A stretch of DNA of 40,051 bases from IMG/VR virus record IMGVR_UViG_3300045988_160493, one strand, 5' to 3'. Below are positions 15,426-25,245 of the stretch, in pieces (position 1 is the first letter of the stretch; each line of letters starts with the position of its first letter). The translations under genes were made by a program, and so were the position numbers. The notes beneath the pieces were generated by a model. That model was not told where the DNA came from. It was given only the letters and a program-made list of their open reading frames with translations, and did not search any database. Source of the DNA: a virus.

Positions 15426-16730
15426 TTAGTTTTCCTTTTGAATTGGTGTTATTGTTGCGGTGCGCCAAACTGCAAGCCCCGACGCCGTCTTTTCAATGCT
15501 AAGCGGGGAGCATTTCAAATAAATGTACTGGTTGCCCTGAGGCGCATTTTTGGCATTCTTGCCGAAAATTGATTGAATTGAAGTGCCTCCGACTGTCGTG
15601 CCTGTGAAATTCGGCTGAATGATTATGCCACCAATCGTCGGCGTTGAACTTCCTGTTATAGTCTGCGCGTGTTCGTAAATCGTTCTTGCATTGGTATTGT
15701 TATGGACATACTCAATCCACTCTCTGCCTTTGCCTGTTCCGTTTGCTTCGTTTTCAGGAGACGTGTAGAATATCTTTGCGTTCAAGTCTGTCGCGGGATT
15801 GCTTTCGTACTCTCCGCCCATCTGCGCTCCCCATTGTGTGGACACCCAGTAAATCAAGTTTCCACTTGCATCCAAGACCTTAAATTCTCCGTCAGTCCAA
15901 TCTGTATTTTTAGGTACGGAATACTCCGTTTCTTTCACTATGGACATATTGAAGTTTGCAATCCTATACGAACCTGTATCGCCTCCCATACAACCAACCG
16001 CAATCGGTTTGGATAAATCACTTCCAATTACAGTAAAATCAACAACTTCCTCAACCTTTGTCCACGTATCAAAATTAAACAGGCGTCTTGCAAAGTCTTT
16101 TATTACAACTCGATTGCTCGTAGTTAAACCATTTGTCCAAATCGTAATAGGATTAGTATCATCGGATATTTTCTTGGCGTAAAACGAAATTTTAATTTTA
16201 ACAGTTTGACCTCCATATTGTTTTAAATCAAAATAGTTTATCCGTAATGTCCCAGAAGTTGCTCCTACTGCGACTGTATAATAAGACGTATAATCGATTG
16301 CATATTCAATTCCAAGAGACGCCGCTTCGGTATCGTTTGTTAAATCTGCATTTGCAATGTACTTTGTGCCATATCCAGCTCCATCTACGGAAGTCCAAGC
16401 CCCACTTACCTTTCCGACACCAGTATATCCCCCTGAAACGGAAGCTCCCATATTCGGGTCTGAATTTACAAAAATTAAATCTTCAAATGTCTGCGTTTCT
16501 TCCGCATCAAATGCGTTTACGCTCGGCGTTGTGTTGATGTTTACCTGCCAGCCGTTAATTTGAAAATAGTCGGAAAGTTCAGGATTAGCATTGATTAGCT
16601 CCGTAGCTGTGGGAGCAACCAATACATCGGACTGATTGACCATAACCGTAGTATTCCCGCTCGGAGGCGTAAAACCAAAGCCAAGCAAAGAAGAAACTGC
16701 CATTAAATATATTATCATTTCTTTCTTCAT
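15426..16730 (-). CDS. large Gly/Thr/Asn-rich protein (434 aa from MKKEM start) with N-terminal hydrophobic signal/anchor; distal tail fibre, receptor-binding or exported protein
   Basis: ATG at 16730 overlaps stop of upstream gene (ATGA), so track start 16802 is probably too long; N-terminus MKKEMIIYLMAVSSLLGFGF. Confidence 0.45.
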   Translation of the reverse strand: MKKEMIIYLMAVSSLLGFGFTPPSGNTTVMVNQSDVLVAPTATELINANPELSDYFQINGWQVNINTTPSVNAFDAEETQTFEDLIFVNSDPNMGASVSGGYTGVGKVSGAWTSVDGAGYGTKYIANADLTNDTEAASLGIEYAIDYTSYYTVAVGATSGTLRINYFDLKQYGGQTVKIKISFYAKKISDDTNPITIWTNGLTTSNRVVIKDFARRLFNFDTWTKVEEVVDFTVIGSDLSKPIAVGCMGGDTGSYRIANFNMSIVKETEYSVPKNTDWTDGEFKVLDASGNLIYWVSTQWGAQMGGEYESNPATDLNAKIFYTSPENEANGTGKGREWIEYVHNNTNARTIYEHAQTITGSSTPTIGGIIIQPNFTGTTVGGTSIQSIFGKNAKNAPQGNQYIYLKCSPLSIEKTASGLAVWRTATITPIQKEN

Positions 16731-17068
16731 AATTCTTTTCCCTCTGATGATATTAAAAGTGCAGGATTGCTTTCTGTTCCGTCGATAGAAATTAAATGCC
16801 ATTTGCCAGTATCTACATTGATAATGTAAAACTGTTGCTCGTAATCAATTTGGTAGTTTGTTGTCTCAGACGCAGATGCAGGTGGAACAGGTAAAAAATC
16901 AACAACATAATCCCAATCAAGCGCAGTAGAAGTTGTATCGGGCGTAGAGGCAATATTCAAAACAGGATTATCTTCTCCGCTTATCCACACAGTGTAGTAA
17001 TTGTTGTCGTATACGTTTATCACTTGGAAAACGTAATTCGTAGTAATCCTGAAATTTACATTAGCCAT
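16727..17068 (-). CDS. small tail-fibre-associated protein (113 aa)
   Basis: ORF track; position between fibre genes. Confidence 0.35.
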   Translation of the reverse strand: MANVNFRITTNYVFQVINVYDNNYYTVWISGEDNPVLNIASTPDTTSTALDWDYVVDFLPVPPASASETTNYQIDYEQQFYIINVDTGKWHLISIDGTESNPALLISSEGKEL

Positions 17069-17071
17069 AAA

Positions 17072-17767
17072 TTACATTCCAATCAATCTTATAGTCGTGT
17101 ATCCAACATTCAAGTTTGGATACAAGATTGTTCCCGCTTTCATCGGGAAAATGAAGTACGAGAAGTCGTCTTTGCCAAAATTTTGGTCATAAGCGTAAGT
17201 GCCGTCGGGCGTCTGAATATTGAGTGTCCACTTTCCGTTTCTGTCGGAATAAATTTCAACCCAACAATCCTCAGCAAGTGTCAAAACATTTGTCGTATTC
17301 CACGTTGCTCTATCAATCCAAGTTGTGATTTTGCTCCAATCTGGGAATTTAGCGCAATTAGGATATGCTAACAAGTCTCTCCAAGTGTTGCTCTGTGTGG
17401 GTGTTGTTTCGTTGTTGTCTTGCAAAGAAATATAAAAGCTTTTCTGCGTCGAGCCGTCAGGCGGATAAACAACAATCGCCCCCATAGGATAGCTATTGTC
17501 GGGATTAAATTCGTTTGCATTTATTCCCAACTGAGAATTATACAAAACATTACTTAATACATTGAAAATGCCATTGAAATCCATTCCGCTCGGAGGTTTG
17601 CCTCCCGAACCCACTGGCGTCATTGTTATTTGCGGAAAGCCATAATTCCACGTCGCACCATTTTGTCTATTAGAAGTGTTCAGTGGTATATTATTAACCA
17701 ACGAGCTATTTAAATTTCCAAACGGAGCTAAAACATATTTCTTTACGATTTGAGATATTGAAGCCAT
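17072..17767 (-). CDS. tail fibre protein (231 aa)
   Basis: Position directly after gpI-like baseplate gene; N/T/G-rich composition typical of fibres. Confidence 0.45.
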   Translation of the reverse strand: MASISQIVKKYVLAPFGNLNSSLVNNIPLNTSNRQNGATWNYGFPQITMTPVGSGGKPPSGMDFNGIFNVLSNVLYNSQLGINANEFNPDNSYPMGAIVVYPPDGSTQKSFYISLQDNNETTPTQSNTWRDLLAYPNCAKFPDWSKITTWIDRATWNTTNVLTLAEDCWVEIYSDRNGKWTLNIQTPDGTYAYDQNFGKDDFSYFIFPMKAGTILYPNLNVGYTTIRLIGM

Positions 17768-17779
17768 ATTTGCCTTTCT

Positions 17780-18535
17780 TTATAAATTGTAAAACGTTCC
17801 TAAGCCAAGTTCTATTTGTTCTGGATTTAAAGAGTTGTCATTGTCGCCCCAAGTGCCAATTTCATTGCGCTCAAAGCCAAAAGTATTGTTGTTAATCAAG
17901 CTTACGCCGTAGTTCATTAAAACGCCCATAGGTCTCGGACTAAATACGTCATAAGTAATAATTGTCAGGTCTGTGTCGGTCGGCACAAATCCAAAAACAA
18001 TACTCATAGTCATATCGTAGTTGTCCTGAACGTAAACGTCTTGATTGGGAAATAGCTTGCTCAAAAATACATTTATATCGTTTACACTTCCATTCGAGTG
18101 CAACAAAAACAACTTGGCAAACAAACATCTCCTATACTTCTCGTCCGATAGCAATACTTTTGAGTGAATAACGTTGCTCGGAGGATTAGTCTCAATATTA
18201 AGTCTCGGAGTTGCCCCAGAAAGCCAAATTGAGTGCCAAGTATTTGTGTTTGGATTAAATAGCCTTAGTGTGCTTTCGCTGTCGATTATGTAATTCTGCG
18301 GAGATACTGACGGTCGTGGAGCACCTAATATCTTGCCCCAAACGTTCAACCCAAAAGCATTTGCCGTTCCAAGATTAAATACGTCTCGCTCCCAATCTTT
18401 AACAAAACTCGAAACGTTATTGTTGTAGAACGTTATCTCATTGGTCAAAATTTGATTAAGCCTATGCGCATTGGCGTATTGCCACAAAAAGCAATCGCCT
18501 GCCTCTAAACTGTAATCTATCGTTCCTATCTTCAT
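17780..18535 (-). CDS. baseplate/tail protein I-like (DUF2313/XkdU-like)
   Basis: Follows Baseplate_J gene as in Mu/P2/PBSX modules; size 251 aa. Confidence 0.45.
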   Translation of the reverse strand: MKIGTIDYSLEAGDCFLWQYANAHRLNQILTNEITFYNNNVSSFVKDWERDVFNLGTANAFGLNVWGKILGAPRPSVSPQNYIIDSESTLRLFNPNTNTWHSIWLSGATPRLNIETNPPSNVIHSKVLLSDEKYRRCLFAKLFLLHSNGSVNDINVFLSKLFPNQDVYVQDNYDMTMSIVFGFVPTDTDLTIITYDVFSPRPMGVLMNYGVSLINNNTFGFERNEIGTWGDNDNSLNPEQIELGLGTFYNL

Positions 18536-18543
18536 AACGCCCC

Positions 18544-20127
18544 TTACAATATGCCTACGTTTGCTTCTCCAAAGGTTGCTATCTCGTTAATATCTATCGG
18601 GATTTCCGCAGTAGAATAAGCATCTCCGCTGTCGGTTTTCTTTATCTCACAAGACTGAACATAAACGCCTAATTGCTGAGAAACTATGCTTGCAATGTCA
18701 AAAGAGGAAATGTCATATCCCACTTCGTTTTTGTTTGTCGTTTCAATATTTCCCGCAAACCAATCACTAATAACTTGCTGAACCGCTTTCGCTAAATTGT
18801 CGCCAGTAAAAGATATATTCTTAACAGTGATATTTGTTGAAATAGGAACAGGCTCAGCAGCGTTAAACGTCATTGTATAAACTCCCAAGCCATTCTGCAC
18901 GTTAATTTGCCTTACGTTGCTTGGATAAACCGAAGAAGCCACCATTCCACAACCGCCAGAACGCTTTTCTACAATAGCCTTTGCGACTTGATTTAGATAT
19001 TCGTTATTGTTGGTATCGCCAGAAATTACAATAAAAATGCTGTTTCTTGGGATAGCTTCACCAATCGGAATAATCGGGTCTTGCTCGTTTGTCTTTGTTT
19101 CGCCATATGGATTTTCATAAATATAAACACTTTGTGTTCCCTCCAATTCGTACAATGCGCTATAAAGTGAGCTTAAATAAGACGAGGCATATTTTCCTCT
19201 CTTGCGGTTAATTGAAACCCTATAAGAAGTGTCGCTTTCTTCTTCATAGCCCATAATACCCGCAGAAGCATTGTTTACGCTTTCCCAACCGTCAATTTGC
19301 TGTATCGTGCAATTTGTGAGAGTATTGGGAGGGCAAGAAATAGCTCCGCTATCAACGGCAATAAAATTCCCAAGTCCAACGCCTCTTCCCAGACTGTCGG
19401 CTTCAAGTCTTACTTCGCCCGACAAATAATATTGATTATCGCTTGTGTCAGCCGCCAATGTGCCGTCGGGAATTATAACAGTGCCTCCGTCAAGCATATC
19501 CCCAGAAAGCGATATAACGTTTGAGGTTTGCGTTTCTGCGCTAAGCGCGTCTGTATTTCCATAAGCCTGACCATCGTTGGCTGTAAGGGTAATTACGCCG
19601 TTATTTGCCACCGCAGAAACTGTCGAGTTGGTGTTTGCATTGATTGCGCTTGCAAGATTGCTTGCCGTAGCCGTCGCAGAACCTCCAATCGCCACATTAT
19701 CTTCGTCAGAGCCAAAAGTATATGTATCGTCGCCAATCGAAACAGTGTCTCCTGCTGTAAGATTGTTGTTTTCAAATGTGATTGTACCTGTCGCCGTTGT
19801 GGGAGGCAAGCCATACATATTTACATTTTGCACAAGAGTATGTGTTGCAGCCCTGCGTTCAACGCCAAAAAGCAATCCTATTGCATCAAGAAATACTCCG
19901 CTCGAAACGTCGGGATTTATTTGGTTGGCAATAAGCGCAATCGTACCCCTAAGAGTTTTACGCTCTTTGGTAAGAAGCTCCATAATGCGCCCTTGTGGAG
20001 TTCCCTCTTCCATTGACAAATTGTTGCCAAAAATAGTTTTCCATTCATTCTTTACTTCGTCAGAAATGGTGCTTGTATCGGCAACAATCACGCCTGTGTC
20101 TTTTATGAAATTATACAAATCGCTCAT
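18544..20127 (-). CDS. baseplate J-like protein (Mu gp47 / P2 gpJ / XkdT family)
   Basis: 527 aa, N-terminal region resembles Baseplate_J; synteny V-W-J-I. Confidence 0.65.
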   Translation of the reverse strand: MSDLYNFIKDTGVIVADTSTISDEVKNEWKTIFGNNLSMEEGTPQGRIMELLTKERKTLRGTIALIANQINPDVSSGVFLDAIGLLFGVERRAATHTLVQNVNMYGLPPTTATGTITFENNNLTAGDTVSIGDDTYTFGSDEDNVAIGGSATATASNLASAINANTNSTVSAVANNGVITLTANDGQAYGNTDALSAETQTSNVISLSGDMLDGGTVIIPDGTLAADTSDNQYYLSGEVRLEADSLGRGVGLGNFIAVDSGAISCPPNTLTNCTIQQIDGWESVNNASAGIMGYEEESDTSYRVSINRKRGKYASSYLSSLYSALYELEGTQSVYIYENPYGETKTNEQDPIIPIGEAIPRNSIFIVISGDTNNNEYLNQVAKAIVEKRSGGCGMVASSVYPSNVRQINVQNGLGVYTMTFNAAEPVPISTNITVKNISFTGDNLAKAVQQVISDWFAGNIETTNKNEVGYDISSFDIASIVSQQLGVYVQSCEIKKTDSGDAYSTAEIPIDINEIATFGEANVGIL

Positions 20128-20500
20128 TTAAAACTCCTACTCCGTCTGTTGTTAAAATCTCCGCCGTATAAGAAATCTTGCTTTCAGCTTCGTCGTACTC
20201 AAAGTCAATATTATTGATTGATATTACGTTCTGTGTGTTTTCTATCGCAATACTCAAATATGAAGCCCATAAATATAGTAGGCTTTTGTCGGAAAATATT
20301 GTCTGAAAATACGGAACTCCCTTATTGACATTATATTGCAACTCGCCAGTGTTTACCCTTACAACGTTTTTTAATACGTTCATTGTGGCGTCCAATCCGC
20401 TCGTCATACACAAATTGCCATTAGCGTCCAAGCATACATCATTTATGGTTGTTATGCCGTCCGCCGTTATCTCTTCGTTGACTGTTGCTATTGTGTCCAT
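20111..20500 (-). CDS. gp25/W-like small baseplate wedge protein (DUF2634-like)
   Basis: 129 aa, between gpV-like and J-like genes. Confidence 0.4.
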   Translation of the reverse strand: MDTIATVNEEITADGITTINDVCLDANGNLCMTSGLDATMNVLKNVVRVNTGELQYNVNKGVPYFQTIFSDKSLLYLWASYLSIAIENTQNVISINNIDFEYDEAESKISYTAEILTTDGVGVLNERFV

Positions 20501-20501
20501 T

Positions 20502-21218
20502 TTATTTTACTGGCTTGTCTGTGTTAGAGTTTCCACGTTGTACTCCGCTATGCAAATGGTTTACAAGGCTAATTCCGTCGGCTATGGCATCCCCGCTTAC
20601 AACCACATTACCATTAACTTGTATATTTGTATCGAAAGTCAAGCCATTTTTAGCAATGATATGTATTTTGCCATTCGCATTTATACATATTGCGCTTCCG
20701 CCGTCCGTTGATTGTATGCAAAGGCTATTTTCTTCGCCTTGAATAATTGTAAAACGCTTAACATTTGGCGTATTGTTGACAATGTCGGGAACAAAGCACC
20801 CATAAGGATATTTGCTTTCGCTAAAATTGCTATTCGCCGTCTGTGTTAAATCGTCTTGCTTCTTCCATTCGGAGGTGTCGTTGTCGGAAGCTTCAAGCCA
20901 CCCTGTGTCGCCCTTTTTTGGGAAAAATAACACACCCACGCCGTTTGCAAATGGCTGTCTTACCGTTGTCTTTACATTGGCATAATCAATTCTCTTGTAA
21001 GTGCCGTCATCGTTTCTCTCTGGCAATGTATGCTTTAAGGCAATCTTAACAATAACCTCGTTTGTTTCTGCGTTGTATGATTGGACTATTGCGGGTGTTC
21101 TGTGCTGAGAAAATATAGAATTTAGCGTAATCTTAAAATCCATAATATCTCCCGCCGAAGCACCATACATTGTGTTGGCGTTTTGGAGTGTTAAATCGTT
21201 TGGTGAGTTTTTAGCCAT
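20502..21218 (-). CDS. baseplate spike / assembly protein V-like
   Basis: C-terminal ISLVNHLHSGVQRGNSNT resembles gpV/Mu gp45 conserved H-x-H motif. Confidence 0.55.
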   Translation of the reverse strand: MAKNSPNDLTLQNANTMYGASAGDIMDFKITLNSIFSQHRTPAIVQSYNAETNEVIVKIALKHTLPERNDDGTYKRIDYANVKTTVRQPFANGVGVLFFPKKGDTGWLEASDNDTSEWKKQDDLTQTANSNFSESKYPYGCFVPDIVNNTPNVKRFTIIQGEENSLCIQSTDGGSAICINANGKIHIIAKNGLTFDTNIQVNGNVVVSGDAIADGISLVNHLHSGVQRGNSNTDKPVK

Positions 21219-22267
21219 TATTTTGCCCTCTGAACCTTTCTGCGTGCCACAACGTGATTGTAGAACGGCTGTCCTCTTAAATGCAAGTCATAGTCCACTT
21301 TTTGTACCCAATAAACAAAATCGTCAAACATTGGGAATATAAAGCTATTAAGCCTAAAACGTCTCATTGGCAACAAAACGGTTGTATCAAATAGCGTAGT
21401 AAAGTCCACGCCAGTTGGATTAGGCTTTGGAATGCCTATCATTGTTGGATTGGAACGCGCCGAAATCACTGGCAATGTAGATTTATCTTCGTCGCTTTCA
21501 AGGAAATCCATATCCGCTGAGCAAGGAAGTAAAATTAGCTTGTCCGACATCTGCACCGCCGACATTCTACCCCATTGGAATATGTCCTTTTTCATAAAAT
21601 TACCAAAAGTCGAATTGTAGGAAAATGTATCCCGATTAGTTAAAAGATATTCTTCTAAACGTTTAGGTTGAGAGCTTTGCCTTAATTTGTCGAAAAAGCT
21701 CGTATCTATGGCAGACTCCGCATAGCCTACAAATTGAGCTATATTTTTTATAAGTTCATAAGAATATTTGAAATCCGAAGCATATCCACTTGGAACATTT
21801 AAAATTGCATTTGTTAAAAAGAAATTTTCGACCGCTTGTATTGTAAACCACACATCTGGGCGACCAGTAGTCGGCAATGCCCATAAAATAGTTCCGCTAA
21901 AAAGCAATGGTATGTCGGAAGTCTCCTGCCCCTTTTTCTCATATCCCGCATACACTGTTATTGTTTTGGAGTTTTTTGGCGCAAATTCGGTCGTAGCAAC
22001 TTCATTGATTATTCTGTCCGATAAATTGCAAATGGAAACAGTCGCTTTCGGGTCTATGCCTCCATAATTGCGCGATAATTTTACCTTAATATCAACATCG
22101 TTTGATGTTTCATTTAACAATATATGCCCGCTTGCGGGAGAATAAAGAGTATTTGTTCCAGTTTTTTGAATTTGTTTTGAATTTGTGTCAAAAATTTCGA
22201 CAACAATACGCCTTGTCGGGAACTCGTCTCGATTGCCTATATTCTTAACGTTAATACTCGTCGCCAT
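21218..22267 (-). CDS. baseplate hub-like protein (Mu gp44 / P2 gpD position)
   Basis: 349 aa, synteny only. Confidence 0.35.
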   Translation of the reverse strand: MATSINVKNIGNRDEFPTRRIVVEIFDTNSKQIQKTGTNTLYSPASGHILLNETSNDVDIKVKLSRNYGGIDPKATVSICNLSDRIINEVATTEFAPKNSKTITVYAGYEKKGQETSDIPLLFSGTILWALPTTGRPDVWFTIQAVENFFLTNAILNVPSGYASDFKYSYELIKNIAQFVGYAESAIDTSFFDKLRQSSQPKRLEEYLLTNRDTFSYNSTFGNFMKKDIFQWGRMSAVQMSDKLILLPCSADMDFLESDEDKSTLPVISARSNPTMIGIPKPNPTGVDFTTLFDTTVLLPMRRFRLNSFIFPMFDDFVYWVQKVDYDLHLRGQPFYNHVVARRKVQRAK

Positions 22268-22596
22268 TATTGATTTTCCGCCTCTGTTATAGCCATTTCA
22301 GCCAATTCCGCATCGGTATAATAGACCAATGTTTGCGATTTGTTAAATTCTTTGTAATAGGGATATTCCCCATTTATGCACTTAAATTGAAAATTCCCAC
22401 CATTCGTTCTCCATTTAGGCAACAAATTTACATTGGGCGCAACCTTTAATCCGTGGATTATGTACTCGCCGTTCATCTCTATATCCATAAGCGTAAAACC
22501 GCCAAAAGTGAAGATATGGAACAAATAAGAGTTCCTTTCGTCGCTAAATTGAACGTCTTGGTTTGGATTGCTTTCTCTAACATTTAAAGTTTCCAT
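22267..22596 (-). CDS. small tail/baseplate protein (109 aa)
   Basis: Synteny; ATGA coupling. Confidence 0.35.
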   Translation of the reverse strand: METLNVRESNPNQDVQFSDERNSYLFHIFTFGGFTLMDIEMNGEYIIHGLKVAPNVNLLPKWRTNGGNFQFKCINGEYPYYKEFNKSQTLVYYTDAELAEMAITEAENQ

Positions 22597-23264
22597 TAGT
22601 TCTTGCTTTCATCTTCTGCGTTTTTAACAATGTTTGCCAAAGGATATTCCGCTTGGATTTCTCTAAGCTGAATGTCGTATATCATTCTGTCAAACGTGTT
22701 TGGCTCTTCGGTGTGTGAAAATTGCTGAACCACCATATTGTGATAAACATTTGCCCTCGAAACAACAACAAGCAACCACTTTTCCTTGTTCATTCGGTTT
22801 AGTTGCTTGTCCACGCTCTGGTAAAACATTTTCGGCAAAACAAGCTTCATATTCATAACAATCGGCAACACAATAGAGTGGTCGGCAATGAAGTTCTGTT
22901 GAGACTTGTAAATGTCCGAAGCGTCTTTTGCGTTTGTATTTTTGCCAATGTTTGTTTCAAGCGGGTGTTCAAAAATCCTTGTCGGCTGAGAAATGGTAAT
23001 AGACATAGGCTCGGTTTCCAAAAGCCAGCTCAATGCTTGATTTAATTGAGAGGCAACCCCGCTACCAAAAGAACCTCCCGCCAAAACCTCTTCGACGGAA
23101 CTAAAAGCACCGCCAAGAATTTGATTTGTATCAATTCCAACAGCTCCAAGCAAAGAATTTGGCTCCTTGTAGCCTATTTCTTTGTAAATTGCTAAGTTTT
23201 TCTGGCTGAAAATCAAGCCAGAAGCTGTCTTTAAAAGTTGAATTACATTTTGCGCGTTAATCAT
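22596..23264 (-). CDS. tail protein following tape measure (222 aa; DNA-circularisation/XkdP position)
   Basis: Synteny only. Confidence 0.35.
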   Translation of the reverse strand: MINAQNVIQLLKTASGLIFSQKNLAIYKEIGYKEPNSLLGAVGIDTNQILGGAFSSVEEVLAGGSFGSGVASQLNQALSWLLETEPMSITISQPTRIFEHPLETNIGKNTNAKDASDIYKSQQNFIADHSIVLPIVMNMKLVLPKMFYQSVDKQLNRMNKEKWLLVVVSRANVYHNMVVQQFSHTEEPNTFDRMIYDIQLREIQAEYPLANIVKNAEDESKN

Positions 23265-23265
23265 A

Positions 23266-24903
23266 TCAAACCGTCATTTCCAGATTTATATTTGCATCGC
23301 TTCCGTTGTCCGAAAAATATCCTCCGTAATTGTTATTGGTGGCATAATAATTATTTGTTGTGGTTATTATATCTCCATTTTGCGACACAGGAATTGGATA
23401 TGAAAATATACCTCCGGGCATATAAAAATGTTTTCGATTTGGAGCTTGAATATACGGATTACTTTCGGGATTGGGCGCAACTTTTTTATCGCCATTAAAA
23501 AAGTCTTCAAACCACTTAACAATTTTACCAACACCACTTGCAATCTCTTCAACTTTTTTTTGAATAGTATTTTCTACATCATACATACTTTTCAATGTTT
23601 CAGAGTCAGTTTCTTCCCACTTAGATACCGCCGCGTCTAAATCAATCTCACTAAGAGAGCCTTTGCGCATAAAGTTTTTAACGCCCTGAGAAAATCCTAA
23701 CGCATTAAACATTGCTTCTCGCTCTTCTTCGTCCATCCCTTGCGCTCGTTGCCATACAGAACGCAAAATATCTTTCGATTTTGAGTGCGCTCCAATGCCA
23801 CTAATGCCAAAAGTACCCAATGTTTGAACCAAAGAAGTATCTCCATAGCGCATTGAGCCTATACCAGCACTTAGTTGGGATAATAACTGTATTGCTTCAC
23901 CCTTTTCCCCACCATAACCGTACAATTCCTTGTCAAGTCCAACTGCATATTTTGGCTCAGTTCCAGTACCAAGATAAGACAAAGCATTTTTTACTCGGCT
24001 ATGAACTCTTCCTTTTGTGAAATCCCAAGTGCCTTTTGCAAGCATACCTGCGCCCAAAATTCCTGCTCCCCACGCACCTGCAAGCATTGCTCCTCTTGAC
24101 AATCCGAAGAAAGACGCAATTTTGCGTATGTTAGAAGCTCTTGCAGCCAAAGAAGCATTTTCAAGCCTTGTTCTTTCTTTTTCGTCCGCTAAACGCTTTC
24201 TTTCCTCTTCTCTTGCTTCTTTGGCTTTTCTTTGAATGGCTATTCTCTTTCCTCTTTCTCTCCCCTTTTTCTTGGTTATTCTTTTGGTTTCAACCCATTC
24301 TCGTCCTGCTTCTAAACGTTTTTCTTTCGCTGCAAGCCCATATTCCCTTCGCCAAGCCTTGAAATCATTTAATTTCTCCCTTGCGGCATTTTTTCTCGCC
24401 CTTGCTTCGGCTTGGTCTTTTTTTTCTTGTTCTTTTTCTAACGCCTTCTGTCTTCTTTCAGCTTCTTTTGCCGCTTCTTTTTCTTTTTTGGCGTTTATTG
24501 TGTTTAGCTTCGTCTGTATGCCTACGATTTTTTCGTTTATTTTCGCAAGCTCAACTCTTTTTCGCTGATAATCGACTGTGTTTTTGCTTAATTCTGAGAT
24601 TGCCTTTTCCAATCTCTCTCTCCTTTTCAACGCATTAACAAGCTGTTCTTCCAAAGGAACTGTTTTACGAAGCGTTCTTTCCTCTATTTTCGAGGCTTCT
24701 TGGGCAAGCTTATGGCGTAGCTTGTTCGCGTCGGTCAAATTCTTGATAGAATTATTCCTGTGCCGTTCTAATGTTTTATGGGCGGCAATAGACTTATTGA
24801 CAGAATTTACAACGGCTTTGCCAATATTATCTATTGTCTTTTCGAGCTTCTTCGCCCCGCTCTCACCAAATAAAACTATAAAATTGTCTAAAACCGTAGG
24901 CAT
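23266..24903 (-). CDS. tail tape measure protein
   Basis: 545 aa; long K/E/R/A-rich coiled-coil N-terminal half, Gly-rich hydrophobic segment (GAMLAGAWGAGILGAGMLAKG), downstream of frameshifted chaperone. Confidence 0.75.
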   Translation of the reverse strand: MPTVLDNFIVLFGESGAKKLEKTIDNIGKAVVNSVNKSIAAHKTLERHRNNSIKNLTDANKLRHKLAQEASKIEERTLRKTVPLEEQLVNALKRRERLEKAISELSKNTVDYQRKRVELAKINEKIVGIQTKLNTINAKKEKEAAKEAERRQKALEKEQEKKDQAEARARKNAAREKLNDFKAWRREYGLAAKEKRLEAGREWVETKRITKKKGRERGKRIAIQRKAKEAREEERKRLADEKERTRLENASLAARASNIRKIASFFGLSRGAMLAGAWGAGILGAGMLAKGTWDFTKGRVHSRVKNALSYLGTGTEPKYAVGLDKELYGYGGEKGEAIQLLSQLSAGIGSMRYGDTSLVQTLGTFGISGIGAHSKSKDILRSVWQRAQGMDEEEREAMFNALGFSQGVKNFMRKGSLSEIDLDAAVSKWEETDSETLKSMYDVENTIQKKVEEIASGVGKIVKWFEDFFNGDKKVAPNPESNPYIQAPNRKHFYMPGGIFSYPIPVSQNGDIITTTNNYYATNNNYGGYFSDNGSDANINLEMTV

Positions 24904-24906
24904 AGT

Positions 24907-25245
24907 CTATCTTCTATTCTTTTTTGCGTAATACTCTTGTGCTTTGTATCTGTTGTATTCGGGAATTGTTATCGCCTCACAGATTATGAAGAGGTCTTTA
25001 AGGGAATAGTATTCCTCTATTTCCCTTAAACTTGCTCTTCCGCTGGCGATGACTGCTCCAATGAGTTCATCAACGTTGTGATAACGTTCCTTAGGACTAA
25101 ATCCACTATGTCCCTCGTGTAATCTTGGAGCTTCCCACTCGAAAAAAAACCAGTAGTGAGGTCGATAACCTCCTTTTCCAGCTCGAAACACGCCATTGCC
25201 GATACATTCTGGCGTATGAGTTCGTCGTTGTCCAACTTCACCCAC
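24907..25245 (-). CDS. -1 frame extension producing chaperone GT-like fusion (reached by programmed frameshift at 25143-25149)
   Basis: Open -1 frame from the slippery run to 24907; no convincing independent start/RBS. Confidence 0.55.
   Translation of the reverse strand: MGEVGQRRTHTPECIGNGVFRAGKGGYRPHYWFFFEWEAPRLHEGHSGFSPKERYHNVDELIGAVIASGRASLREIEEYYSLKDLFIICEAITIPEYNRYKAQEYYAKKNRR

Noticed and set aside
19528-20131. Two + strand ORFs (162 and 184 aa)
   Set aside because: Lie antisense inside the baseplate J gene, which has strong synteny support. Cys/Arg-rich junk translation.
24017-24931. Cluster of overlapping + strand ORFs (72-117 aa) rich in L/F/S
   Set aside because: Antisense to the K/E/R-rich tape measure gene. 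Low-complexity mirror translations; no starts or RBS.
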